This document shows, one piece after another, positions 1 through 13,740 of a DNA stretch of 64,000 nt. The notes under the pieces were generated by a model. That model saw only the letters and a program-made list of their open reading frames with translations. It was not told the DNA's origin and searched no databases. The first letter of the stretch is position 1, and each line of letters begins with the position of its first letter. The DNA is from Podarcis vaucheri (Eukaryota), in NCBI GenBank assembly GCA_965113315.1, contig OZ220367.1, one strand, 5' to 3'. The translations under genes were made by a program, and so were the position numbers.

Positions 1-1410
1 ATAATTGCTAGATATCTAAGTGCCATTTTTGCCTTTAATGTCAAACTCTGGGCACCCAAGCTGTGAAAATCCCAGCTGACATTTTCATTCCTTCTTTTGG
101 GATTAGGTACTTTGAAGTGTTTCAAATGGTTCGTTGTTTCAAGGTTCTCTTGGTCAGTGACTGAATTACTGTCATGTTGAAATAATGAATAAATTATTTT
201 CTTCTCAGTGCTGTTACTATTACTATTATTCAATTCAATTTTTCAATTCAATACTTTATTGTGGTCCAAAGACCCACAAAACAATTTCAAAACTAGATAC
301 AGTTAAAATGACCAGACAGACAGATGGAAGAAACCATTATTATTACTACTACTATTAGTAGTAGTAGTAGTAGTATGTTAACTAAACTATAGACTTGGGT
401 CCAGCTTTTGCAGAAGTGTTGTTAAACTGATACGGAGAGAGTGCTGACTGCAGAGCAGGGGCCCAGCCCCTTCAGAGATAAAAATTCTCCATAAATTCTG
501 GTCCCAATCACAGCTCCAGATGATGTAGTGAATAGAATGAGCCATCCATCCTTTTGATCAATCACCTTTCACAATACACACTGCACACATCGTGTCCTTG
601 TAACCACATGCCTAGCTGATGCTTCCACTTCCTACTTTGTTGCAGCAGTTCCCACAAGATATTTTTTAAACCAGAATATCAGCTTGATTCTTCACCAGTG
701 GAACAAACAGCTATACAGTTGGACTCGGGATCTGCTTCCCATGGGCATCTGATTGGCCACTATGAAGGATTAGATGGGGTCTTGGCTTGATCCAGCATGG
801 CTTTTCTTATGTTCTTAAGTAATCAAAAAGGTCTTTCTCCTGACTGCATGTCCCTTCATATGATTCCAGCCCAGACATTTGAAACTGAGAAAGGTTGGCA
901 AGCCTAGCCAATGGAAGTATTGTATGATGAAGTCTCACTGATTATAGTGGGTCTTAGGAATCAGTCACCTACCTTGCATTTTACCTGGTGTTCATAAAAC
1001 ACATATTTCCCATATTCATCCTTTGGCGTAGATACAACATGATGCTCCATCTATGTGGACTCATAGAATCACAGAACTGAAACCAAGTCAAAATGTCATC
1101 TCCCCACTAACTATGTCTAGCTGGTGCAGAAAGAAGATGCTGAGTATGAAAGCATAAAACCCATTTCTTTGCTGGTCCCTTGTTCTTACCCGAGAACTGG
1201 ACCAGCAGTAGCAATCTGAAAAGGTCACAGCACCCAGCAATGTGCCTGCCTGCCAAACAGTACATGTCTCTGCATGGATCTATTCAAAGTGGAAGAAGAT
1301 GTTAGTAGTAATGGTCTGCAGAGAGATGGCCAGATGGATAGATTTTCTTTCTTTCTTTTTAAAAGCATTTACGGTATATACTGCCAATCCATAAAATATA
1401 AGAAAGGTGT

Positions 1411-2236
1411 TGTCAGAGCTGCCCGAGGTCCCAGCTCACAAAGGACCAACGCCGGTTCGTTGTTATATACAAAAGTCTTTATTGAAGTTCAGTTCTGCTT
1501 TCACAGCCGCAGCGCGCAGCTCTACGTCTGAAACTCTAGACCGCTGAAGCTCCGTCTGAATCTCCTCCCCTCAGACACCAGTTTAAGACTCTGGCCTTGC
1601 TCCACCTCTTCCTTTGCTCTTTCCTCCTCTGGTTCCGCCCGTCCGCTGGTGTCTTGCCGCTCCTAGACTCTTCTGACGCTGAGTCCCCTGAATCTTCCCC
1701 CTGCCTCCGGCGGGCTTTAGGACCTGGTTCCCAATCCGGGTTTTCTGCTGTCTCACACGCCTGTACATTCGAACTTGGCGCACGCGCCCAGCCGGCAACC
1801 TTCCTCCTGACCGTTACACTGCTCCTGTCACTGCTTCCCCCTTCGGGGGGGGGCTAGCTGGACCTGACCTCCCCTCCGTTCCCCCACTCTCTGATAGAGG
1901 CGTGGTCAGCCCTGACTCATCTTCTCTCCCTGCTGGAGGAGACGCTGGCCCTGACACATGGGACTCTTCCCCCCCACTACGCTCTGGTGGGGAAGCTGGT
2001 CCTGATCTCCCGCTGCTCTTTGGGAGTCCCCGCTGGCCCCTTGTTTCTGGTGCGTCCCCCCTGGGACCCCCCTTACCCTGACCATCGGCGCCTCCTTCTG
2101 GGAATCTTCCGATCCGCTGGAGAAGCTCATGGAATCTCTCAGGTCACTGTCATACTCCCCTACGCTGCCCTCAGATTCTTCCCCTTCGCTCTCCATTTCC
2201 TTCCTCCCCTGTGCCTCTGTTCCTGAGCCCCTGACA
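1411..2236 (-). mobile_element. Solo LTR (826 bp)
   Basis: TGTCAG...CTGACA termini; perfect 5-bp TSD GGTGT (1406-1410, 2237-2241); minus-strand AATAAA near 1480; CpG-rich. Confidence 0.85.
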
Positions 2237-2639
2237 GGTGTGTACAGCAACACATGCAGCCCTTAACTATTTGGGTCTTAAACTGAGACGATCTGAAAAA
2301 AATCTCCATGTAATTAATACAAGATTCTTGTTCTAGCCATGCGGCAAGTGTACCAATAAAGCAATACAGATCACACATCCATAACATGAGCCAACATCCC
2401 TGATGTAAGAGAGATACCAGAGATACCAACAAACTCAAACCCAGCTTGATTTCAAATTAAACCTCTGAATCACCACGACAATTTATAGTGATTTTATCCA
2501 TTTTCCTGGTTTTTGTTTTGTTTTTGCAGCCAGTGCACAGAGCACCACTCTCTGTGTTATGAAACTATTATTGTCACTCAAAAGAAACTGGTCTGTTTCT
2601 GTCGGGCTGAACCTACTTGCGTTTGTGAACAAAGGTTTC

Positions 2640-2930
2640 AGAAAGTGATCTCTCAGCTAACAGATAATGATTGATTTCTTCCACTTGAGGTTGACTACAA
2701 CCTGCATTCTGGACCCTGTTGAAGTGGTTGTCCAAGACTGCAGTGGGCATCCCATGGAAACACAGTGCAATAGAGGCATTTCTTAAGGAAGCTGGTGAGA
2801 GTTTGGACAGATAAGTAGCTCCCAAATGCTCTGTTCTCAACAGTGCATACCAAGGGGGGAAATTGGCGTTTCTAATTCGTTGCAAGTCCATCTTGGATTC
2901 TATCCAGAAAAGCCAATCCCTCAGCTCACA
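2640..2930 (-). mobile_element. Degraded LINE ORF2 C-terminal fragment (RTE-X-like)
   Basis: YLSKL..SLRNA...L.F..MPTAVL...VEEINHYLL resembles the C-terminal Cys/His region of squamate LINEs. Confidence 0.4.
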
Positions 2931-3891
2931 CTTATTCAAGCTTAAAGCAGAGCTCAGTTGTGGAAAATAATAATAGTCTACATGTTTGCCCAGGAGTAAG
3001 ACCCATTAAGTTCCATGGGGCTTGCTCAATGGTAAACTGAGATAGGATTGCAGCATAAGACTCCTTGGGAGTAGGCAAGTTTATTTCCATTGCTTTCCAC
3101 CCCCAGTGGTGTTTGTGGCATTTTTGATTAAGGATGTGCTGTCCCAACAGAAATTCTGCCCCAGGACAGAGCCTAATGGCCCAACTAGAAGAGTTGTGAA
3201 ACTTATTTTTGTATTTTTTTTAAAAAAATGCAGAAAGCAGATGTTGAGGGTGAAGGGCTGGTAATTATCTCAGCAGGCACCAATGGGAATTTTTCTCCCA
3301 ATGCAAATAGTAGCTTCAAATGAAGTGGGCTTTTTTTGCATTTTAAAACATAATTATGCATCTTAAACACAATAGTGCTTGTTAACGTCATGTTCGGCTT
3401 GGCTTGAATGCTGCTGGCAAAGAAAGGGGGAAGTCTAGTGCTGTTGTTACTGGCTTTCTCTGGGATAAAAATGAACAGGCAACTCTCCATCCATCCCCAC
3501 CCTGCAAAGGTACAGAAACACCTCCAACAGGAGTGCCTAGAAAGAAGCCCAATGTGTGCAATGGCGTCTGAGGTAAACTGTCCTCCTTTGCGTTCTGCTT
3601 CGGCTCTTGCCAGTTCCTGCACAGACATGAAAGGCCACCTTCCTGAGCCGGGACATGAGTGTCAGTTACCATGGGAATGACAGCGATGACAATGATTCAG
3701 CACAACAGCTCTGCAGGTAAAGCATGGCACTCAACAATGTCTTGGGAAGAAGGCAGTGTTCATTTCTTCTTTTCGTCACTTACTAGAACCATCTGAAAAA
3801 GCTGCAGGTAGAAATTATCAGATGTTCAAATCCAACACATTTTCCTCAACAGAGGCAGATTTAGGGGAGTGCTGTGTGCAGAGCCTCAGGG

Positions 3892-6075
3892 ATAGAATAG
3901 AATCATAGAATCATAGAGTTGGAAGAGACCACAAGGGCCATCGAGTCCAACCCCCTGCCAAGCAGGAAACACCATCAGAGCACTCCTGACATATGGTTGT
4001 CAAGCCTCTGCTTAAAGACCTCCAAAGAAGGAGACTCCACCACACTCCTTGGCAGCAAATTCCACTGTCAAACAGCTCTTACTGTCAGGAAGTTCTTCCT
4101 AATGTTTAGGTGGAATCTTCTTTCTTGTAGTTTGGATCCATTGCTCCGTGTCCACTTCTCTGGAGCAGCAGAAAACAACCTTTCTCCCTCCTCTATATGA
4201 CATCCTTTTATATATTTGAACATGGCTATCATATCACCCCTTAACCTCCTCTTCTCCAGGCTAAACATGCCCAGCTCCCTTAGCCATTCCTCATAAGGCA
4301 TCGTTTCCAGGCCTTTGACCATTTTGGTTGCCCTCCTCTGGACACGTTCCAGTTTGTCAGTGTCCTTCTTGAACTGTGGTGCCCAGAACTGGACACAATA
4401 CTCCAGGTGAGGTCTGACCAGAGCAGAATACAGTGGCACTATTACTTCCCTTGATCTAGATGCTATACTCCTATTGATGCAGCCCAGAATTGCATTGGCT
4501 TTTTTAGCTGCCGCATCACACTGTTGGCTCATGTCAAGTTTGTGGTCAACCAAGACTCCTAGATCCTTTTCACATGTACTGCTCTCAAGCCAGGTGTCAC
4601 CCATCTTGTATTTGTGCCTCTCATTTTTTTTTTTGCCCAAGTGCAATACTTTACATTTCTCCCTGTTAAAGTTCATCTTGTTTGTTTTGGCCTAGTTCTC
4701 TAATCTGTCAAGGTCATTTTGAAGTGTGATCCTGTCCTCTGGGGTGTTAGCCACCCCTCACAGTTTGGTGTCATCTGCAAATTTGATCAGGATGCCCTTG
4801 AGTCCATCATCCAAGTCGTTGATAAAGATGTTGAATAAGACCGGGCCCAAGACAGAACCCTGTGGCACCCCACTAGTCACTCTTCTCCAGGGTGAAGAGG
4901 AACCATTGATGAGCACCCTTTGGGTTCGGTCAGTCAGCCAGGTACAAATCCACTGAGTGGTAGCATAGTCAAGACCGCATTTTACCAGCTTCTTTACAAG
5001 AATATCATGGGGCACCTTGTCAAATGCCTTGCTGAAATCAAGGTAGGCTACATCCACTGCGTTCCCTTCATCTACCAGGCTTGTAATTCTGTCAAAAAAC
5101 GAGATCAGGTTAGTCTGACATGACTTTTTTTTCAGAAATCCATGCTGACTATTGGTGATCACAACATTCCTTTCTAGGTGCTCACAGACTGTTTGCTTAA
5201 TGATCTGCTCCAGAATCTTCCCTGGTATTGATGTCAGACTGACTGGGCGATAATTATTTGGGTCCTCTCTTTTCCCCTTTTTGAAAATAGGGACAACATT
5301 TGCCCTCCTCCAGTCTGCCGGGACTTCGCCTGATCTCCAGGAATTCTCAAAGATGACTGCCAGTGGTTCTGAGATCACATCTGCCAGTTCTTTTAATACT
5401 CTTGGATGCAGTTCATCTGGCCCTGGAGACTTGAATACATCTAAACTAGCCAAGTATTCTTGAACTATCTCCTTAGTTATTCTGGGCTGTGTTTCCTCTG
5501 CTGAATCATTTGCTCCAAATTCTTCAGGTCGGGCATTGTTTTCTTTATTGGAGAAGACTGAGGCAAAGAAGGCATTGAGGAATTCAGCCCTTTCTTTGTC
5601 CCCTGTTTTCATTTCACCATCTTCTCCTCTGAGTGACCCCACTGTTTCTTTGTTCTTCCTTTTGCTACGGACATACCCATCCTCTCTAGCAAGCCTGAGT
5701 TCATTCTGTGCTTTAGCTTTTCTGACTTTGTGTCTACATGTGCTGGCTATTTGTTTGAATTCCTCTTTGGTGGTTTCCCCCCTTTTCCATTTTTTGTACC
5801 CATCCTTTTTTAATCTTAACTCAGTTAAAAGTTCTTTAGATAGCCACCCTGGCTTCTTTAGGCACCTTCCGTGTTTCCGTCTCATTGGTATTGCCTGAAG
5901 TTGTGCTTTTACTATCTCCCTCTTAACAAACTCCCAGCCATCATGAACTCCCTTTCCTTTTAGTATTACAGTCCATGGGATCTCACCCAGCACTTCCCTA
6001 AGTTTTATGAAGTCGGCTTTCTTAAAGTCAAGAAATTGAGTCCTAGTATGCTTGGCTGCTCCTTTCCGCTGTATA
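3892..6075 (-). mobile_element. 5'-truncated CR1 LINE with RT domain
   Basis: [67 protein letters not shown]; 3' (ATTCTATG)n tail; stop at 4760-4758 and a short in-frame deletion near 5680. Confidence 0.93.
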
Positions 6076-6359
6076 GTAACACGGATACAACAGGGGCCAC
6101 CACAACTATGATTTAGAATGGAGCATGAAAGGTGAGGGGGGCACATTTTGGCCTTCCACAGTGCGCCGCTGAAATTTGAGACACCAAGCTCCACCGCTGT
6201 ACCTATTAACCAGGGGGAAGAAAGAGTCTTCTTGGGAGAAACCCTTCTGACAAGCCTGGGTTAAGCTGACTGACAGACTGCAGGAACGCGAATGGCAATA
6301 TGCTTGACGGCTTTATTAAGGCCTTCCAGGGCCAAGGAAGCTAAGTGTTGGAAGAGTCT

Positions 6360-7733
6360 TCATGCAGTACATGGTAAAACTATGGAGCTTCTCCCACAGC
6401 AGGCAGTGATGGCCACCAGCTTGAGTGGCTTTAAAGGAGAATTGGACAAATTCATGGGGGAGAAGGCTATCAACGACTGCTACTGGCCATGGTGGTGATC
6501 CTCTGCCTCCACAGTCAGAGGCAGTAATGCTTCTGAAATACAGTCACTGGGAACCATAGGAGGAGAGAGGAGTGCTCTTGTACTTGAATCCTGCTTGTGG
6601 GTTTCCTGCAAGCATTTGTTTAGCCATTGTGAAAAATCGGGTCCTCCCTTAAAGAGGGCACGTGTTGCAGTGAGACCTGGCAACCTAACCCTGTGTTGTA
6701 GGTGGGTACGTTTGGATAGCCACAGCACCCGATTGGTAGGTCCCTTGATGCTGGGTTCAATCAGGCCAATGGGATGCAGGCTAAACGGATCAAAGGACCT
6801 ATATATTTTTATTTTGGGGGGGATTTGATATCCCGCCTTTCACTCCCTTTAAGGAGTCTCAAAGCAGCTAACATTCTCCTTTCCCTTCCTCCCCCACAAC
6901 AAACACTCTGTGAGGTGAGTGGGGCTGAGAGACTTCAAAGAAGTGTGACTGGCCCAAGGTCACCCATCAGCTGCATGTGGAGGAGCGGAGACGCGAACCC
7001 GGTCCCCCAGATTGCGAGACTACCGCTCTTAACCACTACACCACACTGGCTCTCATATATACCTATGCATGTGACCCAGAGCTTCCTCTTTCAGTGCGTG
7101 CATTGGAACACCAGCCCACCTCTCCCTATATTTAGGGCTTGCGTGCTTGACCTTGCTATGCCGTCATGTGTCGTCTGTCATTGGGACAGGGGCACGGCAG
7201 GAATTTCCCCATTTGCTTGATTGGCTGTTGCCATTTGGGTTTCACCTGTTGCGTAGCAAATTGTCACAACTTGTAAGGTTGCGGATAGGCTCTGGTTCAG
7301 GTGATAGGGATGGGAGAACGCTCTCACCATCCCTATGTGAAGGGTATTCTGATAAAGGAATTCAGGGACTCAATGGTTTGGTCAACCCCTGTGTGGGGGT
7401 TGTGCCCATGCCTGAGTCCAGGGGAGCATTTGGGTGGTGGAGATAGCTTGTTCCCGGCTTTCCGCTTATCTAGGTGTTCACCCTAGGCTGACCTATGCTG
7501 GTGCCCTGGATCAGCGCTACCTGCATGGCAGGGAGCTAGTCGAACCAGAGCTGATGCAACCAGTCACTTGCTGTAATCAATAAAGTTGTGGCCTAAATTC
7601 TGCCAAAAACCAAACCAAAATTTGAGTCTTGTCTGAATTTATTTAAGGGGGAGGTTTAAAGGTCTAAACACGCAACAGGATGCTGGACTAGATGGGCGTT
7701 TGGCCTAATCCAGCAGTGCTATTCTTATGTTTT
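6360..7733 (+). mobile_element. Older CR1 3' fragment split by an LTR/DIRS-like insert (about 6636-7677), which itself holds a SINE
   Basis: CR1 3'UTR breaks at ...agccattgtgaaaa and resumes at aacaggatgctggactagatggg. The insert has AATAAA near 7580 and ends in CAACA. Confidence 0.5.
6820..7052 (-). mobile_element. tRNA-derived CORE-type SINE (Squam3-like)
   Basis: Minus-strand head agccagtgtggtgtagtggttaagagcgg...gggttcgcgtctcc (A/B boxes); MIR-like core cccaaggtcacc. Confidence 0.8.
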
Positions 7734-10700
7734 ATGACACCACAGACTGGTTGCCGAGCTGAGTAATGCTGACCAGGGTGGTGGCGCTTATCTGACCTTC
7801 CATTACTAGCATCACTGTGGCTTACTGGGAGGAAGAGGAGGATGTGTGAGGCAGCGGTGGGTGACTGCAGATGCACCAGCTGAGGTGCCATATTGGCTCT
7901 GCCAGTGCATTTGCGCAGCACGAACCTGCCACCACCTCACCCTCCCAATAACATTGGCGGCCGGTCAGGTAAGCACCCCTGCCAGCTACTGCTGATATTG
8001 ATTACAGTGTATTCTTAAGTTTAGAAATATGTCCTTGCCACAAAAAGCTTTCTCTGCTGGTGTGTACAAGGTTTAGGCCGTCTCACAGAAGGTGCATAAA
8101 AAGTTGCTTGTCAATTTTTCAAGCACTCAGTTTGTTGCACAAAATACTCGCCCTGCAGGATTGTTTCCTCTCGTCCTGAGGTAACTCTCTTTGCACTTTA
8201 GGTGTGAGAAGAAAGTTTCCATCCCGAGGGGCTCCCTCAGCTGCGCTGTCTTAGCACTTTCACTAATGCTGAAAAGTTTCCTTCCCGGTAAAGCTGCCAC
8301 AGAGAATTTCCTCACCACTCTGTATAAAAGGAAGCTTGGCCCAGACAGTGTTCTTCTCTGTGACCTTCAGCTTACAGCAATAATTAGGAACGAAACACAA
8401 AAGCAAATTCTTAACCAGCAAAACAATGTGCTGTGATGCGTCATAAGGAAAATACATTTGACACCACCCATTTGAAGCTGATGAAAAAAGAAACAAAACC
8501 CCTCCAAAACTCTCAGACAAATAGCTGCCAGGCTTTCCTCACATTCTCACAGCAGCCAGGGATGTGGGTGGGGGTGAGGGAGAAGATCAACCCAAGTTAA
8601 CTGGTTGCTAGCAATAAAGTCTTCAGAAAAGAGGCTCTCAAGCAGAGTATGAAATGCCCAGGGCCCTGCTCTATAACAAAAACTGAACAAAAGGCTGTGC
8701 AGATCAAGAAGTCTTCGCTTGTCATATTTTCTAACTGATGTGTGAAATGCTGAAATGCAAATGTCAGCATGCAAAGTTCTTGCAACATTTACGATTGATG
8801 CTAAAGGGTAAATATATAGTCTCCATAGAAGTATGAAGAGGGAATACAGGAATGCTACAGGTCCCGTTTCAAATAGTTTCAAGTTATCTGACAAAGCTGC
8901 AACAAGTCTGAGGAGTGAAAAACTATGCAAGATAAATGGGGAAATGCATTGAGAGCGTGATTGTAACATGTGCCACTGGTTTACTATAACAATAAGGTCC
9001 TAAATTCATGACATACATAAACAATACATAAAGAAAGGAGTTCCTCTTTGTCACTAAGATGTTTCCATCAGGCAAATAAACTTTTCCCAAAGCACTGACA
9101 GCCACATTTATACTACAGGCATATTTTAGAAGTACCAGTATAAATCATCTAAAATTGGTCAGAAACTATGACGGCATCAACATTATGACCTCTTCTCATC
9201 CCTCCTAGTTAACTGTGGTTGAGTACAGCCAAGCACCCTGTAGAAGGAAACCATATGAAAATGAAAACATAGCAAAATGAATTTATTTTTACTACAATCA
9301 AGACTGGGAAGTATCCCCAAGAGATTTAAAAAAATATTAATTGGCATAAATTTAACTTAAACAAAGATCTCAATATTCTGGCTAAATAAGTTCTGCTCCC
9401 TCAACTGCTCAGCATTCAGTTTGAAGTTAAATCACCATGGAGAACTGTTTGCATTCACTGGCCCCTTACATATCTCATAATATGATGAGTTAGGCCTTTA
9501 TGGTTAACATACATTTGCTCAGCAGAGCCCATTCCAGCGGTAAACATCTGACAGCAGATGTACTAATTACCTGATCTGGTCATTTTCTTACATTAGCTTC
9601 CAGATCTGGTCATGCAAAAATATACTTACCTTGCATTGCAAACATAGCAATCAACTCAAAATGTGTCTGAAACAGCTTTCTGCTATATAGGGTCCAGCTG
9701 TTTGTTTTGTGTGTGTTTCTGCTCAGCTTCATCTTTCACATACTTCCTGATCCAGTCTAATAGGAACAGCTCTCTTACTGGCTTTTTAGAAGAAGCTTAT
9801 GAGTAGGTCAAATATTTATCCTTTGGGTGCTGAAACTGGATGAGCACGCAGTAGTCAGTGATCTGTGGCCTTCATCCATCAAACTAATGCATTGGAGAAA
9901 ACTTAGTTGCTGACAGCTTGGCACTGGTATTAAGCATTTTGATGGCTTAGGCAAAATATTGAGCATGACAGCTCTTTCTGCTTCATAGTAGGACCTGGAA
10001 CACCTGAGCCTTTCAGGGCCTAATATACATAAAAAGCTTGTTCAGACACAAACACTTGTATGTACTGTGATGGAGGAAGTTGAGAGACGAGACAGGATAA
10101 TGGTGTCAGGTCCATATACATTCAGTTAAATATCCGCATGGAATCTACATGAGCATATGCAACATGGCAATGCTGGAAGCTGTTTTAATACTGAGGCAGA
10201 CTTTAGTGGATCCATTTTCAACAGCGAAACTTAAAAAGAAGCCTTGAAGAAAACCAAGCACTACAGAAAGAAGTGCAAAATAACATTAAAGTACATCATT
10301 CCTTCATTTTCTTCAGACTTTGTCTTCTGTGCAGAGATGAGAAAGGCATACCTATGACACCCTTCGCTTGGGGATCTTGCCCAGTTCATTGAGTTTTTCT
10401 TCAGATTCCTCATACAGCTCCTGTGGCTCAAAGAGAACTTTTCATCAAATAAAAAGAGAAATCTGTTCAAAAATACATGTGAAACCACTCCACCTTTCTC
10501 TTTCCCCTCATTTTCCAACATATGACATTTCCTTATGCAGTTCCTGCATTTGTCATTTTCTTTTAACCCATCGTTTCTAATTCTTTATTTGGCTTTTTGA
10601 AAAGATAAGAAGATCGGATTATTTGCAAAGCTTCTTACCTGCTAGCACATCCCTAACTGCTTTAAAAAACATTTTTAAAAATCGGGGTTCGCAAACTCTT

Positions 10701-10928
10701 TTCCTCCCTTTGGGATGGGAAACCTTTCCTCATCTGAGGGCCACATTCCCTTCTAGTCCCTCTTCTGGGGGCCAGAAGCCACTGGTAGACAGTGCCAGAA
10801 GCAAAAGGGGGCAGAGCAGCATGCATATTTGTGTTATTTTTATTTATTTATTAAATTTATATATCGCCTTTCGTCACAAGATCTCAGAGCAGTTCACAGA
10901 ATATATACATTTTACCTTTGTACATTAG

Positions 10929-11100
10929 AAGAGTTTGGATTTGATATCCCGCTTTATTACTACACTAAGGAGTCTCAAAGCGGCTAACATTCTCCTTTCC
11001 CTTCCTCCCCCACAACAAACACTCTGTGAGGTGAGTGAGGCTGAGAGACTTCAAAGAAGTGTGACTAGCCCAAGGTCACCCAGAAGCTGCATGTGGAGGC
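10929..11100 (-). mobile_element. Squam3-like SINE, head truncated
   Basis: Near-identical to the 3' part of 6820-7052. Confidence 0.75.
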
Positions 11101-11945
11101 GCAAACCTGGTTTATGTAGAGTAGAGTAGTTTATGCACACATTTACAACCCGCCCCCCTTTATTTTCCATCCAGCCAAGCAAGAAGCATTTTAGCTTTGG
11201 GAGCAGCTGTTCTCTTCGAATAGCAAAGCAAAGCACGCCTGTCTTCAAAACACAAACTTGGTGCTGTGACTGGCAGCTATGATGGGGCTGGCTCTATGTG
11301 TGGCAGCAGCGGCAGCTTCTCACCAGAGGTGAACACACCTGTCCTTGCCAATGTCACCACTCAGTCCCATTTGTACTAGAGCAAGAGGTACACTGGGAGT
11401 TCGTTGCACATGATTCCAGAACAAGCAGAAGGGAGCTAAAATTCACAAGTTTCATGCGTCATGTGTGTTGTCTTTTAGGGATGGGTATGAGTCTACCACT
11501 GGCTTCTTAGTTCTCTCTCTCTCTCTCTCAACAAAGAAACATTCCATTCTCCTAGGGGTACATGAAAGTGGTGTCTGCAATAGTCCAGGAAGACAGAAGA
11601 ACTGATGTCTGCATCAACACATCATGATGCAGCATAATGTCATCGCAGGTATGGGAAACACAAAAAGGTCTGAAATATCTGCCATGAAAATTGGCAGTGG
11701 AGTTGGCAAGTTCAGATGCCAGAGCCCCAGGTGTTTTGCTTGGTGATCTCTCTCTCTCTCTCTTTCGGGGCTGCAGGCTGTCTGTTGGCATTGCCATTCA
11801 AGTGACAAAATGACAGCTGAGGAAAATAATTGTTCAGGGACTGGGTCGTGCGTAAACATTGATTTCACTAAGCACTGACGTGTTCAGTATGTTCAAGGAA
11901 GCATCATTTCAACCTCACTGGAGCAGACTAGCAAAAACAATAATA

Positions 11946-12187
11946 CAGTGGTACCTCAAGTTACAGGTGCTTCAGGTTACAGATGCTTCAGGTTACAGAC
12001 TCCACTAACCCAGAAATAGTACCTCAGGTTAAGAACTTTGTTTCAGGATGAGAACAGACATCATGCAGTGGCAGCACAGCGGCAATGGGAGGCCCCATTA
12101 GCTAAAGTGGTACCTCAGGTTAAGAACAGTTTCAGGTTAAGAACGGACCTCCAGAACGAATGAAGTTCTTAACCCAAGGTACCACTG
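11946..12187 (+). mobile_element. Tc1/mariner (Tigger-like) MITE
   Basis: TIR CAGTGGTACC...GGTACCACTG; TA TSD. Confidence 0.85.
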
Positions 12188-13564
12188 TATATCCAAAGGC
12201 AGATTGTGTGAAAAGGCAGCAATGCAGGAGGGGGCTATTGAGGGCTCCTAGCCATGATGGCTCAGCTCTGCCTCCACACTTGAATACCAGTTGTTGACAA
12301 CAACAGCAGTGGCAAGTTGAGAACATGAGGCTCAGCTAAGTGGGCCATTGGCCTTAGTCACCAGGCCCTTATGTTCTTATGTTAACCCTCTCTTGAAAAA
12401 TAGAATTTCCCCCCCTTGAACACTTTCCCGTCTCCACTCCCTGTGTTCCACCAATGCTGCTCAAGATGAAGCCCCCAACCCTCCAGAGAAGATTTTGGGG
12501 ACACACAGAAGGCTGCAGGTGAGAATGAGAGGAAGGGGAAGTCCCATCACACAAATGGAAGTCCATTCCACAAGAGGACTGACACCATTGGATACTACTC
12601 TGTTTATATCCTGTTTAAATGCTAGCATAAGCTAGTGGTTATTTCATACGTTACCCTGCCTTTTTTGTGTATACCTCAGAATTTTTCATTGTACACCTAA
12701 AAATTTAAGGTGAGTTTGCAAACGTGTGAATTTTGCTGGTGAGTTGTGATTGGCTGCTGCTTCAAGTTGGGTTTACACTCAGTAGCAAAGCCTTAGTAGG
12801 CATAACGTGTGAATGTCAGCCTGAAATCTTGCAACTGAAAACAGAAGACTCAGAATAAAGTTCAAAATTAAGTGACCTGTTTTTACATATATATATATCA
12901 TATTTTTATCTGTTTTGACCATTTATATGCTGCTTAATTACAATAATCTTTCAGTGGGGTTATTATCAATCTTTGTGACAGTCCTTGGTGGCCAGCTGGG
13001 TTTTCTAATTAGATCTTAATTCAGATACAATTATACAAAATTATCAAAGCCAAGAACATGTGGGAAGTTGGAAAGGGCATTTGCTTACATATACTAATGT
13101 CACCAAGAATCACATACAGTATCAAAAAACGCTGAGTTTTGTATCCTGGCATGTGGTTTCATCACAACTTTAGAATTAATTTGTAATATGAAAATAAAAC
13201 ACTATTGATACACACATATGATGACTTTGCACATTTGTTCTGCATATTCTTATAATAAAACCCAACAGACCATTAAAATGAGCCACCATGACCCAGAAAA
13301 CTATGGCAGAAATCTGTAACTCTCCCTAGGTAGAAATGTGAGTACTTGTGAAACATTTGATTGTAAATGGTTTTGGGAGAAGAAAAAAATTGATTGAGTC
13401 AGCTGGTCCTGTTCTGAGGGCTCCAAATCAAGAGTGGGAAACACAGCAACCATGAGTCTCTGATTGAAACTGACCTAGTTTACATAAGTAGCACATTTCT
13501 GTTAGAATTACAAAGAATCATGTGAGCAGTCTTGGTGCCTCTCCATTGGTGTCTAATTAGGAAA

Positions 13565-13740
13565 CATAAGAGCGTGCACTGCTCTGGTTTCGCCAGAAGC
13601 GGATTAGTCATGCTGGCCACTTGATCCAGAAAAACTGTCTCCGGAAAATGTTGGCTCCCTCGGCCACTAAAGTGAGATGAGCGCCGCAAGCCCAGAGTCA
13701 TTCATGACTGGACTTAGCTGTCAAGGGTCATTTACCTTTT
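13565..13740 (+). mobile_element. Sauria (Squam1) SINE, 3' part
   Basis: ctctggtttcgccagaagcgg...gggtcatttacctttt. Confidence 0.7.

Noticed and set aside
1906-2253. Acidic 115-aa ORF
   Set aside because: Almost entirely within a purine-skewed solo LTR and crosses its boundary; no homology recognised.
4068-6194. RT ORFs as a host gene or an active LINE
   Set aside because: 5'-truncated CR1 lacking most of the endonuclease, with a stop and a deletion.
8127-8969. Overlapping short ORFs as a neighbouring gene
   Set aside because: No recognisable protein similarity or consistent splice structure.
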